Assembly (NCBI GenBank): GCA_045863235.1
Contig: BTUM01000008.1
Coordinates: forward strand, 1-64,000
Origin: Candidatus Xenobia bacterium
GTDB lineage: Bacteria; Vulcanimicrobiota; Xenobia; Xenobiales; QWHO01
Direction of reading: 5' to 3'
Length of the DNA stretch: 64,000 bases
Shown: piece by piece, positions 10,139-20,219 of the stretch
Position numbering within the stretch: position 1 is the stretch's first letter
How the letters are laid out: the number at the start of each line of letters is the position of its first letter
Position numbers and translations under genes: made by a program
The notes under the pieces: model-generated
What the model was told of the DNA's origin: nothing
Databases searched by the model: none
The model's input: the letters and a program-made list of their open reading frames with translations, nothing else

Positions 10139-11052
10139 CAATCTCCCTCGACGAGCCAACCGCGGCTCAAGTAGCGGTCCCAGGAATCGGCCAGGAGGGC
10201 CACCACCGGGCCTTCCACCCGCTCCACCACGCGGCAGGCGGCAGCCACAGCCGTACCGCTGGAGCCCCCCACCAGCAGGCCCTCCTCGCGGATCAGCCGG
10301 CGGGTCATGGCGAAACTCTCCTGGTCAGAGACCACTTCGACCTCATCCAGAGAATCCCGGTCGAGGTTGGGGGGAGGCTGGGAAGATCCGATGCCCTCCA
10401 GCTGGTAGGCGCCGTCCGGACCGGGAACGCCCGTCTCGAGCCAGTGAGCCAGGCCCGAGCCCACCGGGTCGGCCAGCACCATGCGCAAGCCGGGGCGGAC
10501 GCGGCGAAAGAAACGGCCCACTCCGGTCAGGGTGCCCCCCGTCCCGGCCCCGGCCACGAAGGCCGCCACCTCGGGAACCTGCTCGAGCACCTCGGGCCCG
10601 GTGGTCTGCTCGTGGATGCGCGGGTTGGCCGGGTGGGCGAACTGGTCGGTCAGAAACCAGCCCTTCTCCCGGGCCAGCCGGGCAGCCACGTTGCGGAAGT
10701 TCTCCGGGCTGTCCAGAGGCGCATTGGGGGTGACCACCACTTCGGCCCCGGCCGCCCGCAGGGCCACCCGCTTATCCTCGCACATCTTCTCGGGCAGCAC
10801 GCAGACAAGTCGGTAGCCTCGCACCGCCGCCAGCAGGGCCAGGCCCAGCCCGGTGTTGCCAGCGGTGGCCTCCACCATGGTCGAGCCGGGGTGAAGCTGG
10901 CCGTCCGCCTCGGCCGCTCGCACGATGGCCAGAGCCAGCCGGTCCTTGACGCTGCCTCCCGGATTGAGGTGCTCGCACTTGGCGTAAATTCGGGGGTGGA
11001 TGCGCTCCAGGCGCACCATCGGGGTGCGCCCGATCAGCTCCAGAACGCTCAC
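10138..11052 (-). CDS. cysteine synthase / cystathionine beta-synthase family PLP enzyme
   Basis: IGRTPMV, KCEHLNPGGSVKDR, EATAGNTG, GAGTGGT; GTG start overlapping upstream stop. Confidence 0.93.
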   Translation of the reverse strand: MSVLELIGRTPMVRLERIHPRIYAKCEHLNPGGSVKDRLALAIVRAAEADGQLHPGSTMVEATAGNTGLGLALLAAVRGYRLVCVLPEKMCEDKRVALRAAGAEVVVTPNAPLDSPENFRNVAARLAREKGWFLTDQFAHPANPRIHEQTTGPEVLEQVPEVAAFVAGAGTGGTLTGVGRFFRRVRPGLRMVLADPVGSGLAHWLETGVPGPDGAYQLEGIGSSQPPPNLDRDSLDEVEVVSDQESFAMTRRLIREEGLLVGGSSGTAVAAACRVVERVEGPVVALLADSWDRYLSRGWLVEGD

Positions 11053-11855
11053 TCGGGCGAGGGGCCGTAGAGCGCTTGCAGCACCTGGCCGGTCCGAGCG
11101 GCCCAACTGGCCTCGTTGTGAGCGCCGTCGGAGACCTCGCGGTAGAACAGGAAGTTCTCCCGGGTAAAGCCGGTCTCCACCAGGCGGCCTGCGAGCTCGC
11201 GGGTGTTGTCGATGGGGTCGGGCACCCCGTTTTCGTCGGCGTCGCGCCCTTCGCGGGCGCCAGCGTCGAGCCAGAGGCGTCGGGGCCCGGGGGAGTCGGT
11301 GGCCGTGAGCTGCCGCGAGGCCTCCCGATCGGCCCACCAGAGCGAGGGCGAGAGTGCCCCCACCAGACCGTAGACCTCGGGGTGACGGAAGCCCAGGTAG
11401 AGCGAGACCAGTCCGCCCATCGAGGAGCCCATCACCCCCGTGTGCTCGGCCCCGGCTCGGGTGCGGTAGGTACGGTCCACGAACGGCTTGAGCTCGTCCA
11501 CCATGAACCGTGCGTAGGCCTCGGCCCGCCCCCCTCCGTGCTTGGGGTCAGGCAGGGGAGAGTACTCCGAAAGCCGGTCGGGGGTGTTGTCGGCGGCCAC
11601 GATGATCAGCTCGGGCAGCTTACCTTCCTGGATCAGGTGCTCGGCCGTCTCGTCAAGTCCCCACTCGGTGCCGAAGGCGGCGGTGCGGCTGTCGAACACA
11701 TTCTGCCCGTCGTGCACGTAGAGCACGGGATAGTGCTTGTCCGGGCTCTCCTCGTAACCGGGCGGCAAGTAGACCCGCACATCGCGCCGGTTGCCCAGAG
11801 CCTGCGAGGAGAAGCCGTGATGGATGCGCACGTCGCCGGTGACCACGAGAGCCAA
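11049..11855 (-). CDS. alpha/beta hydrolase, putative esterase (Fes/IroE-like)
   Basis: VYLPPGY, YPVLYVHDGQN, GSSMGG nucleophile elbow, HNEASW. Confidence 0.9.
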   Translation of the reverse strand: MALVVTGDVRIHHGFSSQALGNRRDVRVYLPPGYEESPDKHYPVLYVHDGQNVFDSRTAAFGTEWGLDETAEHLIQEGKLPELIIVAADNTPDRLSEYSPLPDPKHGGGRAEAYARFMVDELKPFVDRTYRTRAGAEHTGVMGSSMGGLVSLYLGFRHPEVYGLVGALSPSLWWADREASRQLTATDSPGPRRLWLDAGAREGRDADENGVPDPIDNTRELAGRLVETGFTRENFLFYREVSDGAHNEASWAARTGQVLQALYGPSPE

Positions 11856-11923
11856 TGTAGCAGGCAGGGCAGACTTTGGTGTTACCGAAAGGTTGCCCGA
11901 CCGCGACCAAGAAGGCGAAACGG

Positions 11924-12847
11924 GTGAAAGTGCTGATTACCGGCGGGGCCGGATTCATCGGGAGTCACATCGCCCGCTACTTCCTGGAAACGGGCCATGA
12001 GGTGGTGGTGCTCGACTCGCTGCGCTCGGGACGGTGCAACGTGGACGAGAGCATCCTGACCCGGGGCAGCGTGACCGACTACGAGCTGGTCGACCGCCTG
12101 ATGGCCGGAGTGCGACACGTCTTCCACCTCGCCGCCCTGGTGAGCGTGCCCGAGTCGCTCGAGAAGCCCCATGAGTGCGTCGACATCAACGTGCAGGGGA
12201 CCCTGAACGTGCTCAGGGCGGCCCGTCGTCACGGGGTGGAGAAGGTGGTGCTGAGCAGTTCGGCAGCCGTCTACGGCGATGATCCCGAGCTGCCCAAGCA
12301 CGAATCGATGCGGCCCGCTCCCAAGACTCCCTATGCCGTCACCAAGCTCGACGGCGAGTATTACCTGGCCATGGCCGCTGCCGAGTGGGGCGTGCCCACC
12401 GTCAGCTTGCGCTATTTCAACGTCTACGGACCTGGTCAGGACCCGGCCTCCCAGTATGCCGCGGCCGTGCCCATCTTCGTGCAACGGGCCCGACAGTGTG
12501 AACGCATCACCATCTTTGGGGACGGCAGCCAGACCCGCGACTTCATCCACGTGCGCGACGTGGTGGCCGCCAACGTGCTGGCGGCAAGCCGGCCCGACCT
12601 GACCGGGGTCTACAACGTGGCCCGGGGCGAGAGCCTGACCATTCTGGAGCTGGCTCGCAAGATCGTAGCCCTGATGGGCTCGAGCTCGGAGATCGTGCAC
12701 GGACCCGAGCGGCCCGGTGACATCCGCCACTCGCTGGCCGACGTCACCCGCCTGCGCCAGTCCGGCTTCGCTCCCTCGGTGGGACTCGACGAGGGGTTGC
12801 GCGAGACGCTCGACTGGATGCGTCGCGCTGCCAGCGAACCCGGCTAG
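11924..12847 (+). CDS. NAD-dependent epimerase/dehydratase (UDP-glucose 4-epimerase-like)
   Basis: TGGAGFIG, YAVTK (YxxxK), RYFNVYGP, GDGSQTRDF. Confidence 0.93.
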   Translation: MKVLITGGAGFIGSHIARYFLETGHEVVVLDSLRSGRCNVDESILTRGSVTDYELVDRLMAGVRHVFHLAALVSVPESLEKPHECVDINVQGTLNVLRAARRHGVEKVVLSSSAAVYGDDPELPKHESMRPAPKTPYAVTKLDGEYYLAMAAAEWGVPTVSLRYFNVYGPGQDPASQYAAAVPIFVQRARQCERITIFGDGSQTRDFIHVRDVVAANVLAASRPDLTGVYNVARGESLTILELARKIVALMGSSSEIVHGPERPGDIRHSLADVTRLRQSGFAPSVGLDEGLRETLDWMRRAASEPG

Positions 12848-12865
12848 AATCCCATGTGTGTCGGA

Positions 12866-12933
12866 GGAGCTACGCTCTCGGGGGCCCCTACCTTGGGCGT
12901 CCGCAGCCGGAAAACGTTTCCGGCTGCGCTCCT
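12866..12933. repeat. dispersed intergenic repeat copy A containing a strong hairpin (probable terminator between convergent genes)
   Basis: Ends GGAGCTACGCTCTCG and CGGCTGCGCTCCT shared with 37692-37756; hairpin CGCAGCCGGAAA-ACG-TTTCCGGCTGCG. Confidence 0.55.
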
Positions 12934-12938
12934 GAGGC

Positions 12939-13973
12939 TCAGCCGCGCCGCTTGACCTGCTCGAGCTCGAGCACGCTCTTCCCCACGGCAACCCGGTCGC
13001 CGATCTGGAGCATCATCGAATCGCCGGGGTCTAGACTGAGGTCCTGTCCGGTCGCCCGGTGGATGGTGACCGGCAGACCCTGAGCGTTGACCTCGATGAC
13101 GTACGAGCCCTGCTCCTCTTCCCAGCGCAACAGGGCCTGCTCGTAAGGAAGAGAGCTATCCCCGATCAGCACGGCGTGGCCGAAGCGCGGATCGGCCAGC
13201 CCCATCGAGCGCCCCAGCAGCATCTCGGCGGCGTTGAGAGGCATGACGGCACCCTTGTCGGGGCCTTCCAGCACCTGCATGCGCCAGCCGGCTCGGGACG
13301 GCCGGGCCTCTACCGGGGCCGCCTCGGAGGGCGCGCTGAGCGGCACCGAGCGACGTCTCGGGGGAGGCGGCTTGGGGGGCGTGACCTTGGGGATGGGCGG
13401 TATGTTGGCCGGCAACTGAGAGGGGCGCTCGACCAGGCGTTCGAGCTGACGCTCGGGCGGCGGGGGCATGGTGGGCAGTTCGGGCGGCGGAGCGATGGGC
13501 GGGGGCAACAGCTCGAATTCGAAGGAGGGTTCGGGCTCGAAGTCCGGGGCCGACTCCTGACTGGGAAGAACGGGATCGAGGGGGATCTCCCATCCTCCCT
13601 GGCTGATCACCTCGGCCGGCTCCGACTCGGGCAGCCTGGTGCCCGCACTCGACTCGAGCACCAGCAGTACGTGGCCCATCTGGATCTTGGTGCCGACAGT
13701 GAGGGGGGCCTGGGTGACCCGCTCGTCGTCCACCTTGGTAGAATTGGTACGCGAGAGATGGGTCAGCAGATAACACTTCCGTCGGTGGTCCCAGCGCAGG
13801 GTGCAGTGGGTCCGCGAAACGGTGGGATCGGTAAAGAATACCTGGCCCTCCTTGCTCGGAACGCGTGCGTTAGCCGCCCGTCCAAGGATGATCTCCTTGG
13901 ACAGCAGGGGAATGACCCGATCGCGCTCACTGCCCCCGATGACCCGCAGTTGAAAGCCGGAGTTCCAGCTCAT
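12939..13973 (-). CDS. double FHA-domain protein with Pro-rich linker
   Basis: N-terminal FHA ILGRA...DPTVSRTHC...SRTNST; second FHA-like domain LLGRS...LQIGDRVAVG. Confidence 0.85.
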   Translation of the reverse strand: MSWNSGFQLRVIGGSERDRVIPLLSKEIILGRAANARVPSKEGQVFFTDPTVSRTHCTLRWDHRRKCYLLTHLSRTNSTKVDDERVTQAPLTVGTKIQMGHVLLVLESSAGTRLPESEPAEVISQGGWEIPLDPVLPSQESAPDFEPEPSFEFELLPPPIAPPPELPTMPPPPERQLERLVERPSQLPANIPPIPKVTPPKPPPPRRRSVPLSAPSEAAPVEARPSRAGWRMQVLEGPDKGAVMPLNAAEMLLGRSMGLADPRFGHAVLIGDSSLPYEQALLRWEEEQGSYVIEVNAQGLPVTIHRATGQDLSLDPGDSMMLQIGDRVAVGKSVLELEQVKRRG

Positions 13974-13995
13974 CAGGCCAATCGGTTCGACAGGC

Positions 13996-14436
13996 TCAAG
14001 AAAGACTCATCCCTACCAGGGGAATCCCCCCTAAATAGAGCCATCCCTCGGCCCCGGGGGGATAGTCCTCATCGTAGCAGACCCAATCGAAATGCCCCGC
14101 CAGCAGCTCGCACACGCCGGGCTGGGTCTCCAGCAGGTCGAACGCGCTCTTGAGCTTCAGCGACCACCACTCCTCCTCGATCTGCCAGGCCGGGCGGCTC
14201 TGAATGACCTCCAGGGCAAGCGCCACCGGCTTGAGACCCCCCCGTGCGTCCAGGCGGCGCTCGGTCTCAAGCTCGTAAACGAATAACTGCCTATCTCCCG
14301 ACAGGTAGACGCGGGCGACCTCGAGGTCGGCGCAGAAGTGGGCCCCTCGGGTGGCCTGGGGGCCCTGGGCGGCGCGGTAGAGCTTCACCAGGGCCCTTTT
14401 CGCAGCCGCCCGGCGGCTCCCTTTCGCCGCTCTCAT
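13996..14436 (-). CDS. hypothetical protein, possible ADP-ribosyltransferase-like fold
   Basis: LYRA...GAHFCADLEVARVY...LFVYEL pattern; divergent from dnaK. Confidence 0.5.
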   Translation of the reverse strand: MRAAKGSRRAAAKRALVKLYRAAQGPQATRGAHFCADLEVARVYLSGDRQLFVYELETERRLDARGGLKPVALALEVIQSRPAWQIEEEWWSLKLKSAFDLLETQPGVCELLAGHFDWVCYDEDYPPGAEGWLYLGGIPLVGMSLS

Positions 14437-14551
14437 CAGACAGACTCTAACTAAGGTCTAACGATCTTCAAGCTCAACCCCAACAGGCCCCCTGCTATTC
14501 TAGCCTCAAGCATTTCGCCCTCCGGGGCGTAACATCAAAGGAGATTTCTTC

Positions 14552-16375
14552 ATGAACAAAGTTGTAGGCATCGACCTGGGAACCACCAACTCGGTGCTGG
14601 CCATCATGGAGGGCGGCAAGCCCGTCGTCGTCGCCAACGCCGAGGGGAGTCGCACCACCCCGTCGGTGGTAGGGTTCTCGAAGGGCGGCGAGCGGTTGGT
14701 AGGCGAGCTGGCCAAGCGCCAGGCCGTCAGCAACCCGGACCGCACCGTCAAGTCGATCAAGCGCCACATGGGTACCAACCATCGCGTCAAGATCGACGAC
14801 AAGCAGTACTCGCCCGAGGAGATCAGCGCGATGGTCCTGCAGAAGCTGAAGCAGGACGGCGAGACATACCTGGGTGAGAAGATCAAGCAGGCGGTCATCA
14901 CCGTGCCCGCCTACTTCAACGACGCCCAGCGCCAGGCCACCAAGAATGCCGGCACCATCGCCGGCCTCGAGGTGCTTCGCATCGTCAACGAGCCCACCGC
15001 GGCAGCCCTGGCCTACGGTCTGGACAAGCAGCACGAGACCCTGACGGTCATCGTCTTCGACCTCGGCGGCGGCACCTTCGATGTGTCCGTGCTCGAGATC
15101 GGTGATGGCGTCTTCGAAGTGAAGTCCACCGCCGGCGACACTCACCTGGGTGGCGACGACTGGGATCAGCGCATCGTGGACTACGTGGCCGAGCAGTTCA
15201 AAAAGGAGCACGGCATCGACCTGCGTCAGGACAAGATGGCCCTGCAGCGCCTGCGAGACTCGGCCGAGAAAGCCAAGATCGAGCTCAGCCAGGTGATGCA
15301 GACCAACATCAACCTGCCCTTCGTGACGGCTGATGCCTCTGGACCCAAGCACCTGGACGTCACCCTGTCGCGGGCCAAGTTCGAGGAGCTGACCGCCGAC
15401 CTCCTGGAGCGCTGCGCGGCCCCCTGCCGCCAGGCGCTGCAGGACGCCAAGCTGAAGATCGACGAAATCGACCGCGTGCTGCTGGTGGGCGGATCCACCC
15501 GTATGCCGATGGTGGTCGACCTGGTCAAGAAGACCTTCGGCAAGGACCCCTCGCGCGACGTCAACCCCGATGAGGTGGTGGCGCTGGGCGCTGCGGTTCA
15601 GGGCGCGGTGTTGTCGGGCGAGATCAAGGACGTGGTCCTGGTGGACGTGACCCCGCTCACGCTGGGTCTGGAGACACTGGGTGGCGTGATGACCAAGCTC
15701 ATTCCTCGCAACACGGCCATTCCGACCGCCAAGACCGAGACCTTCTCGACGGCCGCCGACAACCAGCCGGCGGTGGACATCCACGTGCTCCAGGGCGAGC
15801 GAGAGTTCGCCCGCGACAACAAGACCCTGGGACAGTTCCAGCTGAGCGGAATCAGCCCCGCTCCGCGCGGCTTGCCGCAGATCGAGGTCACCTTCGAGCT
15901 CGACTCCAACGGCATCTTGAACGTGACCGCCAAGGACAAGGCCACGGGCAAGTCCCAGAACATCAAGATCACGGCTTCCACCAGCCTGAGCAAGGACGAG
16001 GTCGAGCGCATGGTGCGCGAGGCCGACTCCAACGCCGCCGCCGACAAGGCCCGGCGCGAGGCGGTCGAGCTGAAGAACGAGGCCGATTCGCTGGTCTATC
16101 AGAGCGAGAAGGCTCTCAAAGACCTCGAGGACAAACTGAGCGGCGACGTGAAGGCCCGAATTCAGGCCGGTCGCGAGCGCCTCAAGCAAGCCGCCGAGGC
16201 CAGCAGCCCGAATGCCGACGAGCTCAAGAGCGCGATGGAGCAGCTCAAGAACGCCCTCTACGAGGGGTCTCAGGCCGCTTACCAGAGCGCCGGAGGCCAG
16301 CAGCAACAGGCCGGTCCTCAGGCCGAGCCGGCCGACAGCGACGTGATCGACGCCGACTACGAAGTCAAAGCCTGA
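14552..16375 (+). CDS. dnaK: molecular chaperone DnaK
   Basis: [42 protein letters not shown] tail; AAGGAG RBS. Confidence 0.99.
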   Translation: MNKVVGIDLGTTNSVLAIMEGGKPVVVANAEGSRTTPSVVGFSKGGERLVGELAKRQAVSNPDRTVKSIKRHMGTNHRVKIDDKQYSPEEISAMVLQKLKQDGETYLGEKIKQAVITVPAYFNDAQRQATKNAGTIAGLEVLRIVNEPTAAALAYGLDKQHETLTVIVFDLGGGTFDVSVLEIGDGVFEVKSTAGDTHLGGDDWDQRIVDYVAEQFKKEHGIDLRQDKMALQRLRDSAEKAKIELSQVMQTNINLPFVTADASGPKHLDVTLSRAKFEELTADLLERCAAPCRQALQDAKLKIDEIDRVLLVGGSTRMPMVVDLVKKTFGKDPSRDVNPDEVVALGAAVQGAVLSGEIKDVVLVDVTPLTLGLETLGGVMTKLIPRNTAIPTAKTETFSTAADNQPAVDIHVLQGEREFARDNKTLGQFQLSGISPAPRGLPQIEVTFELDSNGILNVTAKDKATGKSQNIKITASTSLSKDEVERMVREADSNAAADKARREAVELKNEADSLVYQSEKALKDLEDKLSGDVKARIQAGRERLKQAAEASSPNADELKSAMEQLKNALYEGSQAAYQSAGGQQQQAGPQAEPADSDVIDADYEVKA

Positions 16376-16400
16376 CGAAAGCGTCCGGACCGACCCCCTC

Positions 16401-16432
16401 GAGGCGGGAGAAATCCCGCCTCTTTTCTTTTT
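16401..16432 (+). terminator. rho-independent terminator after dnaK
   Basis: GAGGCGGGA-GAAA-TCCCGCCTC followed by TTTTCTTTTT. Confidence 0.9.
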
Positions 16433-16446
16433 CTGAGCCAGGTTGA

Positions 16447-16479
16447 TTTCAGTGCCCTTTCAGCCCGACAACCTACTCT
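16447..16479 (+). promoter_or_regulatory. direct-repeat box plus -10 element
   Basis: TTTCAG-TGCCC-TTTCAG-N10-TACTCT upstream of ORF 16537. Confidence 0.7.
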
Positions 16480-16536
16480 TCAAAAAGATAACTCAGCGTT
16501 AACAACTGCCTGGCCAGGCGTGATAGGATGTAGGAA

Positions 16537-17295
16537 ATGTCAGACGCCATCGAGGAAATCGGACGCCGCAACGGAGACAAACGCAACGAGGCCATGGAGG
16601 CCTGGGCTGCGATGATCTATTCCGACCAGAGCCGCCGCGGCGATCTGGCCGTGGTGCAAGAGAGCGCCGGATGCGGTGGCTCGAGCGTGCCCAAGGATAC
16701 GCTGCAGCTGACCGACCCCAAGAAGATCGCCAAGCTCAAAGAGGTCAAGGCCGCCCAGGAAGCCCTCAAAGCCGAGCAGGCCCGCACCCGCGACACGGTG
16801 CAGAAGTCCGAGCCGGTCGAGCCCGCGATGGCCACTCAGGCCCCGGTCGAGGCCCGGCGCGAGGTCGCCAAAGTGCAGGCCACCCGCCAGACCCAGGAGA
16901 CCGCAACCCGCCAGGTGCGCCAGGGCGAGGAAGCCCGCGAGCAGGCCCAGGTGGCCCGCGAAGAGGCCGTCCAGGCCCAGACCGCAGCACCCGATGTCGA
17001 GATTCCCGCCACCCTGGGCAACTCCAAGGAAGCCGGCGAGCAACTCTCGCAAGTGCGCAGCCTGACCGCCACCAGCAGCCCTGACCAGGTTGACAAGACG
17101 CGTGAGGCCGAGGCGCCCGAGCCGGTCGTCGAGGTGGATTCGGCCGAGCAGGCGGCCTTGCTGGCCGCACTCAAGTCGGGCGCGGGCGCCAACCCCGATC
17201 TGGTAGCCAAAGCTTACGTGCAAGCCACCAGCATGGAGGGCGTCAAAGGCACGCTTCAGGAAGAGATGCTGCGGGGCTTCGTCGTAGCCCTGTGA
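16537..17295 (+). CDS. hypothetical Ala/Glu/Gln-rich, largely disordered/coiled-coil protein
   Basis: Long ORF with host-like codon usage, AGGA RBS, own promoter box; no signal peptide. Confidence 0.75.
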   Translation: MSDAIEEIGRRNGDKRNEAMEAWAAMIYSDQSRRGDLAVVQESAGCGGSSVPKDTLQLTDPKKIAKLKEVKAAQEALKAEQARTRDTVQKSEPVEPAMATQAPVEARREVAKVQATRQTQETATRQVRQGEEAREQAQVAREEAVQAQTAAPDVEIPATLGNSKEAGEQLSQVRSLTATSSPDQVDKTREAEAPEPVVEVDSAEQAALLAALKSGAGANPDLVAKAYVQATSMEGVKGTLQEEMLRGFVVAL

Positions 17296-17855
17296 GACGA
17301 GTCCTTCTCCTGGTCTGGGTCGGGCTGGCGGCCGGTCTGGCTCTGGCCACCGACGAAGCTTCCTTTCGCCAGTTGCTCGAGCCCCTGTCGCTGACGTTCA
17401 CGGCCCCGGCTGGATTCGAGCCTATTGCTCCGCCCGAAGGCTGCGACTACGCCCTCAAAGGGAGCACCGGCGAGCTTCGCTACGCCATCCGACCGCTGGC
17501 GGCCCAGGTAGAGGCTTACCAGAAAAGCCAGGAGCCGGGCAGCCAGACCGTTGCAGCCGACCCCAACAAGCTGTACTCCACCATGCTGTTGGCGATGGGG
17601 GCCAATCTGGCCGGGGTCTCGCCCGACCGCATCCCCAACCAGGCCTTCAGCCCGCCCAACGTCAAGGCCGAGTTCGGCGCTGACGCCGGCATGACATCGG
17701 CCGTGCCCCTGGGCGATGGCCGGCTCTGCCTGCTGAACGTCTACCACAAGGACAACGTGGCCGACGCCTTCGTCTACTACATCGCCGCTGACATGGAGAC
17801 CCTCAAGGGTCTGATCAACACGCCCGCCGTCTTCCAGGCGCTGCGCTTCAAGTAG
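17292..17855 (+). CDS. exported hypothetical protein
   Basis: Signal peptide MRRVLLLVWVGLAAGLALA; GTGA overlap with previous gene. Confidence 0.7.
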   Translation: MRRVLLLVWVGLAAGLALATDEASFRQLLEPLSLTFTAPAGFEPIAPPEGCDYALKGSTGELRYAIRPLAAQVEAYQKSQEPGSQTVAADPNKLYSTMLLAMGANLAGVSPDRIPNQAFSPPNVKAEFGADAGMTSAVPLGDGRLCLLNVYHKDNVADAFVYYIAADMETLKGLINTPAVFQALRFK

Positions 17856-17871
17856 ACCTCCCGTTCAGGGC

Positions 17872-17900
17872 TTGAATTCTTTGCCTGGTTTATGTATAAT
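17872..17900 (+). promoter_or_regulatory. sigma70-type promoter
   Basis: TTGAAT-17 bp-TATAAT, 10 bp upstream of ATG 17911 (near-leaderless). Confidence 0.75.
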
Positions 17901-17910
17901 TTGTTTCAAC

Positions 17911-18315
17911 ATGGCCAAGCGCAAGAAAATCAGAGGCGACGTCCGGGTTGCTTACCGGGGGCGGACGTTCGGATCCGATCCCGGACTTGACAACCGCCGC
18001 CAGAGCCGACGCATGGCGCGCCAGTTTCCCATCTGGTATCGTCCTGACGGCGAGGTAGAGTTCCAGCGCAGCCGCACGCTCAACTTCTCCAGCAACGGGG
18101 CTCGCATCATGCTGCCAGCTCCGCTCGACCCCGAAGGCGGGCTGTTGCTCGAGTTCGAGCTGGAAGACAAGCTGCGTCTCCAGGCGCGGGCTCGCCTTAT
18201 CTGGCAACGCCCCATGGCCGATGGCAGCACTCTGGCCGGAATCCACTTCGAGCTACCTCCCGACGTGCAGAATCGGCTGAACAACTGGGTCAAGAAGCAG
18301 GCTAAAGCCTCCTAG
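17911..18315 (+). CDS. PilZ domain protein
   Basis: RRQSRR (RxxxR) and NFSSNG (D/NxSxxG) motifs; LAGIHF. Confidence 0.85.
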   Translation: MAKRKKIRGDVRVAYRGRTFGSDPGLDNRRQSRRMARQFPIWYRPDGEVEFQRSRTLNFSSNGARIMLPAPLDPEGGLLLEFELEDKLRLQARARLIWQRPMADGSTLAGIHFELPPDVQNRLNNWVKKQAKAS

Positions 18316-18366
18316 CCCCAGAAGAGCCCCCTCTTTGTAGCGATTTACACGCCAGGAGGGTTGGTT

Positions 18367-20160
18367 ATGCAAGACGGCACCGAGCCGCTGGGGGGCCTTC
18401 GCCGCACCCATCGCTGCGGCGAGCTGCGTACCGAGCACGTGGGCCAGGAGGTCGTGCTGATGGGCTGGGTCCATCGCCGCCGCGACCTGGGCGGGCTCAT
18501 CTTCGTCGAGCTGCGTGACCGCGAGGGTCTGGCCCAGTGCGTGTTCGACTCGGCCGAGAGCAAGTCGGCCTTCGCCCTGGCCGAGCGGCTGCGCTCGGAG
18601 TATGTCGTGGCGGTAGAGGGCCGGGTGCTGCAACGCTCGCCTCAGACGGTCAACCCCAATCTGGCCACCGGAGAGGTGGAGGTGCACGTGGACCGCTTGC
18701 GCCTGCTCAACCCCTCGCGCGAGCTGCCCATCATGGTGGCCGAAGAGCAGAACGTGGACGAGTCCAAACGGATGCAGTATCGCTATCTCGACCTCCGTCG
18801 CCCGCGCATGACCCGCAACATCGTGCTGCGTCACCGCTTCACCAAGGCCGTGCGCGACTTCCTCGACTCGGTGGGCTTTCTGGAGATCGAGACTCCGATG
18901 CTGGTGCGCTCCACTCCCGAAGGGGCGCGCGACTACCTGGTGCCCAGCCGGGTCCACCCGGGCTCGTTCTATGCCCTGCCCCAGTCGCCCCAGCTCTTCA
19001 AACAGCTGCTCATGGTGTCGGGCTTCGATCGCTACTTCCAGATCGCGCGCTGCTTCCGCGATGAGGATCTGCGCGCCGACCGCCAGCCCGAGTTCACCCA
19101 GATCGACATGGAGATGTCCTTCGTGGGGCAAGACGACGTGTTCGGTGTGGTCGAAGGCCTGGTGGCCCATGTCTGGAGCACGGTGATGGAGCACCAGATC
19201 CCCCGCCCCATCCGGCGAATGCACTACAAGGAGGCGGCCGAACGCTACGGCAGCGACAAGCCTGACCTGCGCTTCGGGCTGGAGCTGCACTGCCTGGATG
19301 AGATCGTGCGCGGCAGCGAGTTCACCCCCTTCGAGCAGACCCTGACCTCGGGCGGCTCGGTCAAAGCCCTCGTGGTGCCTGGCAAGGGCGGTATCAGCCG
19401 CAAGGAGCAAGACGAAGTGGGAGCGCTCGTCCCCGGCCTCAAGACCTTCTACGCCTCGCGCCAGCAGGGCGAGCTAAAGTCGTCCTTGCTGGCCAAGCTG
19501 GGCGCCGAGCGGCTCGAGCAGGTCGTGCAGGCCCTGGGCGCGGGTGAAGGCGACCTGGTGGTGATGGCCGCCGGGCCGGCGGCCACCCTGAACGGGCAGC
19601 TTGGCCGCTTGCGCCTGGAGTTGGCCAAACGCTACGAGCTCATCCCCGCCGGCAAGTTCGAGTTCCTGTGGGTGGTCGACTTCCCCCTCTTTGCCTGCGA
19701 CGAGGAGACGGGGCGGCTGGTGCCCGAGCATCATCCCTTCACCTCCCCCCACCCCGAGGACGCCCACATGCTCGACTCGGACCCTCGCCAGGTGCGGGCG
19801 GCGGCCTACGACCTGGTGCTCAACGGCAACGAGGTGGCCTCGGGAAGTATCCGCATCCACCAGCGCGAGATGCAGGAAAAGGTGCTCAACTGCATCGGGC
19901 TCTCGCTCGAGGATGCCCGCCAGAAGTTTGGCTTCTTGCTCGACGCTTTCGAGTACGGAGCCCCTCCCCACGGCGGTATCGCCCTCGGGCTCGACCGCCT
20001 GGTAGCGATCTGCGTGGGCTGCGACTCCATCCGCGAGGTGCTCGCCTTCCCCAAGAATGCCAGCGCCGCAGACCCCATGACCGGAGCCCCGGTGGAGGTC
20101 AGCCAGGACCAGCTGGACATCCTGCACCTCAATGTGCGCGTGCCCCAGGGTGCCCGGTAG
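18367..20160 (+). CDS. aspS: aspartate--tRNA ligase
   Basis: RTHRCGEL, GWVHRRRDLGG, FYALPQSPQLFKQ, RCFRDEDLRADRQPEF, PPHGGIALGLDR. Confidence 0.98.
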   Translation: MQDGTEPLGGLRRTHRCGELRTEHVGQEVVLMGWVHRRRDLGGLIFVELRDREGLAQCVFDSAESKSAFALAERLRSEYVVAVEGRVLQRSPQTVNPNLATGEVEVHVDRLRLLNPSRELPIMVAEEQNVDESKRMQYRYLDLRRPRMTRNIVLRHRFTKAVRDFLDSVGFLEIETPMLVRSTPEGARDYLVPSRVHPGSFYALPQSPQLFKQLLMVSGFDRYFQIARCFRDEDLRADRQPEFTQIDMEMSFVGQDDVFGVVEGLVAHVWSTVMEHQIPRPIRRMHYKEAAERYGSDKPDLRFGLELHCLDEIVRGSEFTPFEQTLTSGGSVKALVVPGKGGISRKEQDEVGALVPGLKTFYASRQQGELKSSLLAKLGAERLEQVVQALGAGEGDLVVMAAGPAATLNGQLGRLRLELAKRYELIPAGKFEFLWVVDFPLFACDEETGRLVPEHHPFTSPHPEDAHMLDSDPRQVRAAAYDLVLNGNEVASGSIRIHQREMQEKVLNCIGLSLEDARQKFGFLLDAFEYGAPPHGGIALGLDRLVAICVGCDSIREVLAFPKNASAADPMTGAPVEVSQDQLDILHLNVRVPQGAR

Positions 20161-20165
20161 GTTTT

Positions 20166-20187
20166 TTTCAGTCGGCACGGTTACTAT
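20166..20187 (+). promoter_or_regulatory. single-copy TTTCAG box plus -10 element
   Basis: TTTCAG-N10-TACTAT upstream of cdd; upstream half-site degenerate (CGGTAG). Confidence 0.5.
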
Positions 20188-20219
20188 CCGCATGAGCTTT
20201 ATCATCCGGAGGGTATACC

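Noticed and set aside
14495..16306. Long antisense ORFs opposite dnaK (and likewise opposite groEL, aspS, gspE, kinases)
   Set aside because: Typical shadow ORFs from high-GC codon bias opposite well-conserved genes
14552..16375. dnaK without adjacent grpE/dnaJ
   Set aside because: Stand-alone dnaK copies are common; sequence is canonical
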